NCBI GenBank assembly: GCA_963667665.2
Contig: OY763927.2
Coordinates: forward strand, 1,088,001 to 1,152,000
From: Nitrosopumilus sp.
Lineage (GTDB): Archaea > Thermoproteota > Nitrososphaeria > Nitrososphaerales > Nitrosopumilaceae
DNA length: 64,000 nucleotides
Direction of reading: 5' to 3'
Within the stretch, counting starts at the first letter, position 1. Each line of letters begins with the position of its first letter. This document shows positions 51,641 through 61,781 of this stretch, in pieces. The position numbers were made by a program, and so were the translations under genes. The notes below the pieces were generated by a model, which worked only from the letters and a program-made list of their open reading frames with translations, was not told the origin of the DNA and ran no database searches.

Positions 51641-52603
51641 CTAAACTTCTAAAGAATCAAGAATTTTTGAAACATCTGTTATAGGCAAACCATTTTCCGA
51701 AATCTTTTGTTTGGCAGGGGGGTTTTCAAGGTAATTTGGAATTTTATCTTTCAAACGAACGGTAAATGGAGAAATAAGTTCGTTTTGATAAAATACGCCT
51801 GTGGGTATTTTGCCTCCCCATTCTAAAGATTTTATCAAGGCTTGAGATAGTTTTTCATTAACTTCAATCTCATCATCATAATGTACTAAAGGATCAAACC
51901 GAGTATCCTCAAGTTTGTAAATTCTGGAATGTCTTTCCAAGGATTCTTGAGCCAAATCTACACCAGCATACCAATCTCTTGTATTGATATCATTGTATGT
52001 AGGACATGGTTGCAAAACATCAAGAAATGCAAGACCCTTGTGTTTAACAGCCTTTATTATCAAATCTTTGAGATGTTTAACATCATAAGAATAACCTCTA
52101 CCAACAAATGTAAAACCACTTGCTATAGCCAACCCAATTGGATTTACATCATAATTTGTATTTGGAGAAGGCAATGATTTTGTCTGTTCTCCAAGTTTTA
52201 GAGTAGGAGATGCTTGTCCCTTTGTTAATCCATAAACACCATTATCAAAAATTATGTAAGTCATGTCGACATTTCGTCTTCCAGCTGCAACAAAATGACC
52301 AGCCCCTATTCCTAGCCCATCACCATCACCACCAACGGCAACTACGGTCATCTCAGGATTTGCGAGTTTACCACCTTGGGCAAAAGTAAGAACTCGACCA
52401 TGCAAAGTATGAACTCCGTATGTATTGATAAAGTGAGAAGTTTTTCCAGAACATCCAATACCTGAAAAAATTGTTGCCTTGTCTCGTTCTATTCCCATTT
52501 CTGCCAAGGCCATCTGTAATGCATTAACTATTCCAAAATCCCCACAACCAGGACACCAATCATTATGTACATCAGTTTTGTAGTCAGCAAGCTTAAGCGC
52601 CAT
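51641..52603 (-). CDS. korB: 2-oxoacid:ferredoxin oxidoreductase beta subunit
   Basis: WCPGCGD, SGIGCS, TPP motif GGDGD...[11 protein letters not shown]. Confidence 0.93.
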   Translation of the reverse strand: MALKLADYKTDVHNDWCPGCGDFGIVNALQMALAEMGIERDKATIFSGIGCSGKTSHFINTYGVHTLHGRVLTFAQGGKLANPEMTVVAVGGDGDGLGIGAGHFVAAGRRNVDMTYIIFDNGVYGLTKGQASPTLKLGEQTKSLPSPNTNYDVNPIGLAIASGFTFVGRGYSYDVKHLKDLIIKAVKHKGLAFLDVLQPCPTYNDINTRDWYAGVDLAQESLERHSRIYKLEDTRFDPLVHYDDEIEVNEKLSQALIKSLEWGGKIPTGVFYQNELISPFTVRLKDKIPNYLENPPAKQKISENGLPITDVSKILDSLEV

Positions 52604-54500
52604 GAGTTAGAATCTCCCTCTTGTCAGCTTTGTTTTCAACAATTTTCTTTAGCGAATCATATATTTCTGTGCTAGTCATTCCTCGTCCTGTATATTTTAA
52701 TATAAAATAATCAATATCCTTAAGGACATTTTGTTTAAAGATTTGACCTAATTGTCCTGAATAATTTGCTTCAATGTCAATTATTATTTTTGTGTACTTG
52801 AGAAGAGATTTTACATAATCAGTTGGAAAAGGATGAATTAGTTTAATCTGAATAAATCCAATGTCGATTCCTTCTTTTTTTAGCATGGAAAGGGCATCTA
52901 AGATAGGACCTTTGGTAGAACCCCAAGAAATTATAGTGTGTTTATGTGCACCAAAAGATTCTACTTGTTCCTCATCAGGGATTCTTTCTAATGCCAAATC
53001 TAGTCTAGACATTCTTTTATCCATCATCTTAATTCTCTCAACAGGATCTTCAGAAATGTGGCCATATTCGTCAGATTCATCGCCTGTATTCCAGAAAATA
53101 CCGTTATCTAATCCAAGTCTAGATCTAGGAGAGATGCCATCGTCAGTATAGGCAAATCTCTTGTATTCACCCTCAACTTTGTCTAGTAGTTTGCCTCTAT
53201 CAATTGTAATCTTATTTGGCTGAAATCTTTTGCATGTCACAACAGAACTAGAAAGAAACTTGTCCATCATGTGAATAACAGGAATTTGAAAGACATCTGC
53301 ATAGTTGAAACATCTTCCTGTATCATAGAAACTTTCTTCAATATCTCCTGAAGCATATACAATCTTTGGAAAGTCTCCTGCACCTGCATGAACTGCAAAA
53401 AGAAGATCATCTTGTCCATGTCTTGTTGGAAGACCTGTTGACGGTCCACTTCTTTGATACAAAGTAATCACAATAGGGACTTCATTAATTCCGGCCCATC
53501 CTATTGCCTCAGTCATTAATGCAAAACCTGGACCAGAAGTAGATGTTGAGGAACGTGTACCAGTTAATGCAGCACCAATCATCATCCCTATAGCAGAAAT
53601 TTCATCTTCAGTTTGAATCACAGCTGTAGAACCAGGTCTGTCATCTTGAATTTGTAAAATTTCGTTTGATTCCAAATAGTTGCTTTCATCAGAAGCTGGA
53701 GTGATTGGATAATAGGATTGAAATCTACACCCAGCGACCATTTTCCCAATTGAAGTTCCATAATGACCCTGAACAAGAATGGTGTAAGGTTGTTTTGTAG
53801 TTCCAGTTAAACTATGTTCAAAGTTTTCAAATTTAGAAGCATAATTGTAAGAATAGTTTGCTGCTTGTTTGTTTATTTCTGCAATCTGAGGTTTTTTTGA
53901 AAATATTGAATCAATTGAATGAAGTAAAGAATCAAAAGGCATCTTGATTAATCCTAAAGATAATGAGACACCAATTACATTATACATTCTAACTAGCCCA
54001 CGTAATTTTGGATTATCTACCTCTTCAGAAAGATTTTCTAAAAGTGTCTTAAAAGATACAGGATAAAGTTGTACACCTTTTTCTTTGGCAAGTTCAAGTA
54101 CTCCTGCTATAGTAAATGGTTTATTTTTTGATTCAAGAAATTTGCATAAGCGTTCTTTGAATGGGGCATCAAGTGTATGAACACTATCAATATCAGTTTC
54201 TTCTAATTTTGAATCATAGATGATTCCACCATTAGAAGAAACTTCATCAAAATGGCGAAAAATTGTTTCGGCATCAAATGATGCCATCAATGTTACATCA
54301 TTCACATTGGAATGGATGTTTTCAGTTGAAACCCTTACTGTGAAATAACTATGCTCTCCTTTAATGTTTGAATAAAATTCTCTTTTACCAAATATTTGAT
54401 ATCCCATTTCTGCACAAACTTTAGAAAAGATGTTCGCCCCTGATTCAACTCCACTACCTTGTGGACCACCAATTAACCATGTAAAATCAACTAAACTCAT
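52593..54500 (-). CDS. korA: 2-oxoacid:ferredoxin oxidoreductase alpha(+gamma) subunit
   Basis: [25 protein letters not shown] and [11 protein letters not shown] motifs. Confidence 0.93.
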   Translation of the reverse strand: MSLVDFTWLIGGPQGSGVESGANIFSKVCAEMGYQIFGKREFYSNIKGEHSYFTVRVSTENIHSNVNDVTLMASFDAETIFRHFDEVSSNGGIIYDSKLEETDIDSVHTLDAPFKERLCKFLESKNKPFTIAGVLELAKEKGVQLYPVSFKTLLENLSEEVDNPKLRGLVRMYNVIGVSLSLGLIKMPFDSLLHSIDSIFSKKPQIAEINKQAANYSYNYASKFENFEHSLTGTTKQPYTILVQGHYGTSIGKMVAGCRFQSYYPITPASDESNYLESNEILQIQDDRPGSTAVIQTEDEISAIGMMIGAALTGTRSSTSTSGPGFALMTEAIGWAGINEVPIVITLYQRSGPSTGLPTRHGQDDLLFAVHAGAGDFPKIVYASGDIEESFYDTGRCFNYADVFQIPVIHMMDKFLSSSVVTCKRFQPNKITIDRGKLLDKVEGEYKRFAYTDDGISPRSRLGLDNGIFWNTGDESDEYGHISEDPVERIKMMDKRMSRLDLALERIPDEEQVESFGAHKHTIISWGSTKGPILDALSMLKKEGIDIGFIQIKLIHPFPTDYVKSLLKYTKIIIDIEANYSGQLGQIFKQNVLKDIDYFILKYTGRGMTSTEIYDSLKKIVENKADKREILTHGA

Positions 54501-54549
54501 AGTAAGTCACCTTTGTTTTGAATAGTAATAATCTGTTTTACCAATTTAA

Positions 54550-54696
54550 TCAACCTCCTGTTGCTGCATCAAACAATGCACATTCACATTTGTCACGTTC
54601 TCCACAATAAGGACAAACACAAACACATTTTTCTATTGAATTTGCGCATTCTACACAAATGGCGAATTCTTCTTCTTCATTAACTTCAGAAGACAT
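54550..54696 (-). CDS. 48-aa acidic 8-Cys microprotein ending in Gly-Gly
   Basis: MSSEVNEEEEFAICVECANSIEKCVCVCPYCGERDKCECALFDAATGG; TTTATA box upstream; 49 bp before korA on the same strand. Confidence 0.7.
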   Translation of the reverse strand: MSSEVNEEEEFAICVECANSIEKCVCVCPYCGERDKCECALFDAATGG

Positions 54697-54747
54697 ATAG
54701 GATTTACAAAGAAATCGTATAAATGGTTTGAGATAAATTCCAAGTTA

Positions 54748-55716
54748 ATGAAAAAGAAAGTGTTTCTTACAAGAATTTTACATGATTTTGCATTAAAGGA
54801 ATTAAAAAAAAGATATCAAATAGAAATTCATTCTGGAAAAATTCCCATCCCTCAAGCTAAACTGCGATCAAAAATAAAAGAAATAGATGGACTGATCTGT
54901 TTTCCATATGACAAAATCAATAAAACAACAATTGATTTGGCCAAGAATCTAAAAGTGATTAGTACCTATAGTGTTGGTTTTGATCATATAGATACTCAAT
55001 ATGCCAGAAAAAAGAAAATCCATATTGGTTACACTCCAGAAGTATTAACTGATGCGACAGCTGATCTGACATTCTCATTATTACTTGACATACTACGAAG
55101 AGTTTCAGAAGGAGACAGAATAATTCGTGATGGGAAATGGAAGATAATCTACGGAGCATATGACTATGTAGGATTAGATCTTCAAGGAAAAACAATTGGT
55201 ATTTTAGGCCTAGGTAGAATTGGCGGAATACTTGCCAAAAGAGCAAAGGCATTTGATATGAAGATTATATATCACAACAGAAAACATGTTTCTAAAACCA
55301 AAGAGAAAAAATTAGGAGCCAAATATGTCTCATTTGAAAAACTAATCACTCAAAGTGACATCATTTCAATTCATGTACCACACACAAAAGAAACAGATCA
55401 AATGTTTAACATGAAAATTTTCAGAAAAATGAAAAAATCTGCATTTTTGATAAATACATCTAGAGGAAAGATAGTGAATGAAAAAGATCTTGTTATTGCA
55501 TTAAAGAAAAAAATTATTGCAGGCGCAGGATTAGATGTCTTTGAAACAGAGCCTATTAGTAAAAAACACGCATTAGTAAAATTACAAAATGTGGTGTTAG
55601 CACCGCACATAGGAAGTTCAACGAAAGAAACCAGAGCCAAAATGGCAGAAATTACTGTGAAAAATCTTAATCTTGGAATGAATGGGAAAAAACCGATCTA
55701 CTCTGTAGGGTATTGA
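54748..55716 (+). CDS. D-isomer-specific 2-hydroxyacid dehydrogenase (glyoxylate/glycerate reductase-like)
   Basis: VGFDHID, GLGRIG, INTSRG, GLDVFE.EP and PHIGS motifs. Confidence 0.92.
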   Translation: MKKKVFLTRILHDFALKELKKRYQIEIHSGKIPIPQAKLRSKIKEIDGLICFPYDKINKTTIDLAKNLKVISTYSVGFDHIDTQYARKKKIHIGYTPEVLTDATADLTFSLLLDILRRVSEGDRIIRDGKWKIIYGAYDYVGLDLQGKTIGILGLGRIGGILAKRAKAFDMKIIYHNRKHVSKTKEKKLGAKYVSFEKLITQSDIISIHVPHTKETDQMFNMKIFRKMKKSAFLINTSRGKIVNEKDLVIALKKKIIAGAGLDVFETEPISKKHALVKLQNVVLAPHIGSSTKETRAKMAEITVKNLNLGMNGKKPIYSVGY

Positions 55717-55882
55717 TATTTACGCATGAGTTACAATCCAGAAAAATGTTGAGTTTTTATATCTAAATTGTAAAATAGTATCAGATTGAAAAAATTCAAA
55801 CATACTAACGAAGAATTAGAATTAGCTAAACTACAAACTGAGAAAGATAAGAAGAAGAAAGAATCTGAAGAATAATTTTTTT

Positions 55883-56290
55883 CTACTTGTCTTTTTCAGA
55901 CAAGTTTTTTTTTAAAAATTGAATTTTAGAAGAATATTTTTGATTCAAGTTATCATATACTTTTTTTCTTTCAGAAATTATTGTTTTAGACTCATCATAC
56001 ATTTTTGTAAAAAATGCGGCTAAAACACGCTCGCCATTTTTGTTAAAGAATCTCACACTAAAACTAGTACGGTCAGGCTTTTCTTCCTGTACAAACTCTG
56101 CTGATTTTATCAATTCTGAATTAATATGCATGTGTGCTGGGCCATCATTATCTCCAATAGTAATCCACTTTTCTTTTTGTCGTATACTAAGAGAATTACT
56201 TCTAATCTCACTTACTGCACCATCATTTTTTATTATAAGTAAAATATCATCAATTTTGACTAAATCAGATAATATCTCTAAAAGCAACAA
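55883..56290 (-). CDS. ChuX/HutX-like heme/tetrapyrrole-binding protein
   Basis: LLII....AVSEI, HMHI and SFSVRFFN..GE...FF pattern. Confidence 0.65.
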   Translation of the reverse strand: MLLLEILSDLVKIDDILLIIKNDGAVSEIRSNSLSIRQKEKWITIGDNDGPAHMHINSELIKSAEFVQEEKPDRTSFSVRFFNKNGERVLAAFFTKMYDESKTIISERKKVYDNLNQKYSSKIQFLKKNLSEKDK

Positions 56291-56326
56291 GTATTCTTGA
56301 AATTGAAATTATATCAATTTTTAGAA

Positions 56327-56602
56327 TTATTTCGTATCAATTTGGACAAAATCGTCTACATCGCCATGAACACAATCGGTTCCAACTGTTTTTACTGGTA
56401 AAAAGTTAATTTTGCCATCATGAATTTTTCCTTCATTTTGAAGAATTCCAATTTTTCCAGAAACAATTTGTTTATGTTTTTCACAGGCTACACCAACCAT
56501 GTATTCATCTTTATCAGAAATAATAGATACAATAAATTCTGGTGGATTAACACATTGTTTTCCTTTTTCTGTTACTGAACACTGATCAGGAAGCATAATC
56601 AA
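56327..56602 (-). CDS. Small Cys-containing hypothetical protein
   Basis: PDQCS...CVNPP...ACEKH...GTDC. Confidence 0.7.
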   Translation of the reverse strand: MIMLPDQCSVTEKGKQCVNPPEFIVSIISDKDEYMVGVACEKHKQIVSGKIGILQNEGKIHDGKINFLPVKTVGTDCVHGDVDDFVQIDTK

Positions 56603-56656
56603 ATTTTGATTGTTATGGAATATTAAGCTTAATTAGAATAGATTCAGGTTTGAAAA

Positions 56657-57952
56657 TTAGAAAAGACTTGTAATTTCATCGAAATTCCAAAAAGATTCTT
56701 TTGGTTTTTGAGAATAATCTAAGAATCCTTTCTCTTGTAATTTTTTTATAATAAATGCAGAATATGCAGGAGCACCAGTAGCTCCAGGAGAATTATAATT
56801 TACAATATGAAACGAATTTTTGCCAACAAGCTCCAAAATATCTTTTACAAATTCACCTTTGGAAGAAATAACAGGTGTTCGTATTCCTGCGGTACCATGT
56901 TTGGTGAAATATTCAGGTTTGATTTTTGGAATAAATTGTTGGATTCTATTAACCATCGCAGTTTTTGAAACAGAGCTAAGGAATTCTTTAGAAAGCATTG
57001 ATAGAAAACTACTATTTGTAAGAAGACGCCTCACATTTCCTCCAAATATTTCAAGGATTTTAGAAACTGTTGTATTTAGTTCACCTACATATCCTTCATA
57101 AGTTTCAGGGGTTGCTACAGGTACTGCATTTGGTCCAATCTCAGTTGTTCCATTAGATCTTTTAATCCAATGAGGATCTAAAAATGGGAATTCAGAAAAT
57201 CTAGCTACAGTGTAAATATTTGTTTTAACTAAATCTGCATATGATTGATCACATATCCAGTATTCTCCTCTAAAATGAAGATCATCGTATTCTTGTGCAA
57301 GATTACATTTTTTAGCAATATCTAATGAATTGCCACCAGAACAATTTATCAAAAATTTTGCAGTTAACGTAGAATCATCAGAGAACGTAAGTTGTACCTC
57401 TGAATTGTCATCAATGTTTATCACTTCTTTGTTAAACAAAAATTTCGTTCCATTTTTTTCAGATTCTTTTTGTAACTCTTTAGTTAAAATTCCATAATCG
57501 GTGGAGACATCCCTTGAACAGTAAAGGCCAGAGTAAGCATGTAGGTTTGATTCTTTTTTTAAAAGGTCTTTTGAATCAAGTAATTCAACTTGTTTTTCAG
57601 GAATTCCATTTTGGGTAGACCACTTCATGTATTTCTCTAAAGTTTTATGTTGTTGTTCATCTGAGGCCACTTCAATTGTTCCAACTTCATACCATGGTAG
57701 AGATTTCTTCTTTGCAAAAATTTCCCATAAATCATGAGAAACTAGAGATGAAACTGCAGATGTTTTTCTTTTTTTAGGATCTAGATAAAATGGGGAATGA
57801 ACCACGCCTGTATTTCTACTACTAGTGTGTTTTGCTACATCATTTTCTTTTTCAATTACACAGACATTAAGATCATAAAGTGTTGATAGCCAATATGAAA
57901 TCGTTGTACCTAAAATTCCTCCACCAATAATTGCAATATCAAATTTTTCCAA
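56657..57952 (-). CDS. FAD-dependent oxidoreductase, L-2-hydroxyglutarate oxidase (LhgO)-like
   Basis: IIGGGILG, HTSSRNTGVVH, FRGEY, GPNA, AGIR and SPGAT motifs. Confidence 0.85.
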   Translation of the reverse strand: MEKFDIAIIGGGILGTTISYWLSTLYDLNVCVIEKENDVAKHTSSRNTGVVHSPFYLDPKKRKTSAVSSLVSHDLWEIFAKKKSLPWYEVGTIEVASDEQQHKTLEKYMKWSTQNGIPEKQVELLDSKDLLKKESNLHAYSGLYCSRDVSTDYGILTKELQKESEKNGTKFLFNKEVINIDDNSEVQLTFSDDSTLTAKFLINCSGGNSLDIAKKCNLAQEYDDLHFRGEYWICDQSYADLVKTNIYTVARFSEFPFLDPHWIKRSNGTTEIGPNAVPVATPETYEGYVGELNTTVSKILEIFGGNVRRLLTNSSFLSMLSKEFLSSVSKTAMVNRIQQFIPKIKPEYFTKHGTAGIRTPVISSKGEFVKDILELVGKNSFHIVNYNSPGATGAPAYSAFIIKKLQEKGFLDYSQKPKESFWNFDEITSLF

Positions 57953-57982
57953 CGTAGAATTAAAGATCTATTAGGATTTAAT

Positions 57983-58837
57983 TTATTGTATATTTTTAGC
58001 CTGTTCGTTCTTCTTCATTTGATGATATGTGTCAATAAATCCAGTTGAGGTGTCAGTATTATCTGGACATAATGCATTATGAGCTTCTGACAATTTGTAC
58101 CAAGGAATTGTTGGATACATGTGATGAATGTAGTGATATCCACCATTATGATGAAATAAATTTTTAAAAAATCCAATATCAGATCTAGAGCCAGACTTTG
58201 TGTTATAATGTTCAGTTACTTCTGCCCAATAAAAGAAACTTGCAAAAGACCACAAGAATGGAATAAACCAATACATTGCCAAAATATGTAAGACATCAAA
58301 ATACCAGAAAATTGAAATTACAGGTATCCAAAATATTGCAAACTTTATGGAGCTTTTTGGAGGATTTAATTGAATTGCAAATCTAAGATAAAAAAGTCCA
58401 GCATATCCAATGATTGGTTTTATGAACCACATCCAAAAAAGATTCTTTTTAGGATTGTTTAGTCCATGTACTTCATAATCTCTAACAATGTGATCTACTT
58501 CTGTATTCATTTGATAATGATGATCTAAATGTTCAGTTCGATATTGATTCATATCTACAAAAAATGGTACTGCATAAACCCATTCCAGATAATCATTTAG
58601 TTTTTTTGTTTTAAACAAATTGAAATGAGATGCTTCATGGAACAATGATTCACCAATTGCATATTGGAATGCACCGATAATCCATACTGAAATTAGGTAA
58701 ACAATCCAATCATTTGCCCATATACTAAAGCCAATTACACCGAAAATTACTCCCCAATCAAAAATAAGTGCTGTAAATCCCCTCAGATTACTTCTTTGAA
58801 CAAAATCCTGAGCTTTTGGTTGCATTGCCATGTTCAA
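57983..58837 (-). CDS. Membrane fatty-acid-desaturase-family di-iron protein
   Basis: Three His boxes HEASH, HLDHH and HYIHH; P.IPWYKL; TM segments. Confidence 0.88.
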   Translation of the reverse strand: MNMAMQPKAQDFVQRSNLRGFTALIFDWGVIFGVIGFSIWANDWIVYLISVWIIGAFQYAIGESLFHEASHFNLFKTKKLNDYLEWVYAVPFFVDMNQYRTEHLDHHYQMNTEVDHIVRDYEVHGLNNPKKNLFWMWFIKPIIGYAGLFYLRFAIQLNPPKSSIKFAIFWIPVISIFWYFDVLHILAMYWFIPFLWSFASFFYWAEVTEHYNTKSGSRSDIGFFKNLFHHNGGYHYIHHMYPTIPWYKLSEAHNALCPDNTDTSTGFIDTYHQMKKNEQAKNIQ

Positions 58838-59003
58838 ATTTTTTTTAGTTCAACACAGATTTAAGATTTTTCATGAGTATCAGCATAAAAATTCATGAAT
58901 TATTAAGATCATACCTGAGTATGTCATGCAAAATAGCTAATTTTCTAAAAGGTTAACATTCAAGCTAACTAAACTATAACTCAATTTTTGCTTAATGTAA
59001 TTC

Positions 59004-59981
59004 ATGAATTGGGAACTAGATATGAATTGGGATCAAATATTAGATCCGAATGGAAGTTTTGAGCAGACTTCTGCTGAATTAATTCATCAAAGTCGTCCAC
59101 ATATAGAATTAGTTCCTGAACAAACTAAATCTCAAACAATGGGTGTATCAGATTATCTGGTTGCATTTACAACACAGTCACATAGTTATTGTGTAGGATG
59201 TGTGGATATGGTAAATTCAACAAAAACATCAGCATCTCTTCCTAGACACAAACTTTCATTCTATTATGAGACTTTTTTAAATTCCATGGCAAAAATTGTT
59301 GGAAATTTTGAGGGAACCAACTTTGAAATTAAAGACGGATACTATATGGCAGGGATTTTTGGTGTTGGAGTAGTTTCAATTCTTGTTGCCAAAAAATATC
59401 ACGGCTCAGAAATGCTTGGAAAAGCATATCTATTTTTAGGATTAGGATTTTTTGCTTGGTTTATTGCAGATGTCGGATATTATTATCAACAATTTGTTTT
59501 AGATATAGACCCATGGCCATCTCCTTTTGACATAGGCTTTTTTGCAAGTTATATTTTTGCAATCTTACATCTTTCACTTAACACAAAATATTTCAGACCA
59601 AAATGGTCCAAAGAAATGAAAGCTGTTCTTATTGTGATTCCAATTGTCGCAGTTGGTAGTTTTTCAATGATTGCATATGATGCTTGGGGAGAATATGATG
59701 AGCTCTTATTTGATATAGGATACAGTAACTTGTTTATTGTTGGAATATCAATAACACTAGCTTTTGCAGTTGTAGGTGCAAGTGTTTTCCGTCATTCAGT
59801 TCTCAAAGAAACATGGTTACTATTAGCAATAGGAATATGCTTGTGGGTGGCAACAGATTCTGTCTACTTTTATTTAGAAACAATTGAAGAGTTTACTCAC
59901 AATCACCCAATTAATTCAGGTTGGACTGCAGCTTTTATGATAATTATTTATGCTTTATACAAACACACTAAAACTCTATAA
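59004..59981 (+). CDS. Chimeric ORF: N-terminal fragment of a class III nucleotide cyclase fused to a multi-TM membrane domain
   Basis: YCVGCVDMVNSTK....L.FYYETFLNSM..IV..F.G breaks off before the K..GD motif; about 7 TM segments follow. Confidence 0.7.
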   Translation: MNWELDMNWDQILDPNGSFEQTSAELIHQSRPHIELVPEQTKSQTMGVSDYLVAFTTQSHSYCVGCVDMVNSTKTSASLPRHKLSFYYETFLNSMAKIVGNFEGTNFEIKDGYYMAGIFGVGVVSILVAKKYHGSEMLGKAYLFLGLGFFAWFIADVGYYYQQFVLDIDPWPSPFDIGFFASYIFAILHLSLNTKYFRPKWSKEMKAVLIVIPIVAVGSFSMIAYDAWGEYDELLFDIGYSNLFIVGISITLAFAVVGASVFRHSVLKETWLLLAIGICLWVATDSVYFYLETIEEFTHNHPINSGWTAAFMIIIYALYKHTKTL

Positions 59982-60077
59982 TTAATCCCACATGTGATAT
60001 TCTACAAAATGATGCTCTAATTGTTTTACTGGGAATCTTTCAGAACAGTTAGAACATTTGTAGATTTTATTCATCAT
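59982..60077 (-). CDS. 31-aa C2H2 zinc-finger microprotein
   Basis: MMNKIYKCSNCSERFPVKQLEHHFVEYHMWD (Y.CxxC...F....L..H....H). Confidence 0.55.
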   Translation of the reverse strand: MMNKIYKCSNCSERFPVKQLEHHFVEYHMWD

Positions 60078-60144
60078 AAATAATATACGTATTCATAGTA
60101 GAAAAGCAAATCCCCAAATTCTCATAATTGGGAATTAAAAAAAG

Positions 60145-60242
60145 CGCCGGGAGGGAGATTTGAACTCCCGTTCCCTTGCGAGAACGCGCTTTATGGTTAA
60201 TTATTTCCAGGCGCGCGCCCTACCAGGCTAGGCGACCCCGGC
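60145..60242 (-). tRNA. tRNA-Ser (GGA) with a ~14-nt intron at 37/38
   Basis: GCCGGGG acceptor, CGCGC/GCGCG anticodon stem, CTGGAA followed by intron ATAATTAACCATAA, long variable arm, GTTCAAATC T loop. Confidence 0.92.
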
Positions 60243-60306
60243 ACAAGTCTTGCGACAAAATTATTTCACAAGATTTGATTATATATTGTGTTATTTGAGA
60301 ATCATA

Positions 60307-60753
60307 CTATTTCCAAATTGTAATTGCACTTGATTTCTCTATATGATTTCCTTGATGGTCTGTTGCTGTTGAAGATATTTTGTATAGACCCTCCAAGGCA
60401 AAATTACCATCATTTTTTATTTGATTCCAATAAAGTTCTATTTCATCACCAGGTTCTATCTCAGATATCACTTGTGCAGAAATTGGTGAATATATCAATA
60501 TGCCAGATAGTGTAGTAATTTTAAGACCATATGATGCATCAAAGAAGATCATTGGAATGGTTCCAGAATTTACAATTCGAATTTTCATCTCTTCACCTAT
60601 TTTAAAATCAACTTTTTCAGTAACTACAGAAATTGATGGCCCTTCAACAAAAATTAACTGGCTTGTATTTTTCACATCAAGCAAATAAACACCAAATGCA
60701 AGCCCAGAAATCAAACCAACGCAAATAAAGATAACAAGGCTTTTTGCTAGCAA
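60307..60753 (-). CDS. Membrane-anchored Ig-like (BsuPI-like) domain protein
   Basis: N-terminal TM; TEKVDFKIGE...N.G...EIEPGDE..LYWNQ....G......G.Y; likely TTG start at 60753. Confidence 0.65.
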   Translation of the reverse strand: MLAKSLVIFICVGLISGLAFGVYLLDVKNTSQLIFVEGPSISVVTEKVDFKIGEEMKIRIVNSGTIPMIFFDASYGLKITTLSGILIYSPISAQVISEIEPGDEIELYWNQIKNDGNFALEGLYKISSTATDHQGNHIEKSSAITIWK

Positions 60754-60779
60754 TTCTTTTAAAATAATTTCTTGATTTT

Positions 60780-61781
60780 TTAATCTTTTGGAGGAGTGGG
60801 TTTGGTTCTCCATTTTTTAGGATAAGTGTTTGGAGCCATAATGATTCTTCTTGTTTCAAATGCATATCCCTTGGTAGCATCACGAATCTCTTCTTCAGAC
60901 ATTGTAGATTCTGCTAAAGCTACTGCCTCTCCTTTTTGTGTATAAATTCCAACGATATCTCCTACCTTTAGATTTGGAGAAATTTGCAAAATGCCAGGAA
61001 TTGCAAGTTGTGCTCCATGACACATGGCATCTACTGCAGAATCACGAATTACTACTGACTTTAATTCACTAAATGCAAGTTCAACAGGCTTGATCATCTT
61101 CATTAGTTTAGTATCATCTTTGTTCTCCTCCCAAACTGCAAATGCATCTGCTAGTTCATGAAGAGTCACTAAACCATCAGTTTCATAAAATTGATCTACT
61201 CTGGTTCGTCTCAGCTCAATCATTGTAGCGCCAGGTCCAAGAATTTCGCCTATATCATAGTATAATTTTCTGATATATGTTCCAGATTCACATAAAATTC
61301 TAGTTAAGAGTAATCGTTCTTTTTGTTCTAGCACTTCAAATTCATGGATAGTTCTTGTTCTAGTTTGTCTTACAACAGCTGAACGTTGAGGAGGTTTTTG
61401 ATAAATTTCTCCTCTAAACAAATCAATTGTTTCCTCTAGCTTTTCTTTAGATGGAAGGGAATGGACTCGTCCTAATGCATGGTATTCTTTTGGGCCATAA
61501 AGTAAAACACCCAATGCTTTAGTAGCTTCACCCAATCCTAATGGTAAAACTCCTGAAACTTGAGGATCAAGTGTTCCACTGTGACCAATCTTTGGAAGTT
61601 TCAAAATACGTTTTGTCCAAGCTACAGTTTCATGACTTGTAGGACCTGGTGGTTTATCCAAAATAATAAGCCCATAATTGAGTAATTGTTCAATTGTTCT
61701 TTTATCATAATATGTTCCATATGCATCATCTGTAATGTCCTGATCAATTTCAACAAGATTTTCTAGTTGTTTTAAAGTCAT
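60780..61781 (-). CDS. cbf5: H/ACA RNA-guided pseudouridine synthase Cbf5
   Basis: DKPPGPTSHE, GHSGTLDP and CESGTYIR motifs; PUA domain. Confidence 0.95.
   Translation of the reverse strand: MTLKQLENLVEIDQDITDDAYGTYYDKRTIEQLLNYGLIILDKPPGPTSHETVAWTKRILKLPKIGHSGTLDPQVSGVLPLGLGEATKALGVLLYGPKEYHALGRVHSLPSKEKLEETIDLFRGEIYQKPPQRSAVVRQTRTRTIHEFEVLEQKERLLLTRILCESGTYIRKLYYDIGEILGPGATMIELRRTRVDQFYETDGLVTLHELADAFAVWEENKDDTKLMKMIKPVELAFSELKSVVIRDSAVDAMCHGAQLAIPGILQISPNLKVGDIVGIYTQKGEAVALAESTMSEEEIRDATKGYAFETRRIIMAPNTYPKKWRTKPTPPKD

Noticed and set aside
58870-59032. Clustered TTCATGAA-type palindromes and a repeated ATGAATTGGGA, with a similar CATAATTGGGAA near 60123
   Set aside because: Possibly regulator sites, but too short and AT-rich to support without a genome-wide motif test
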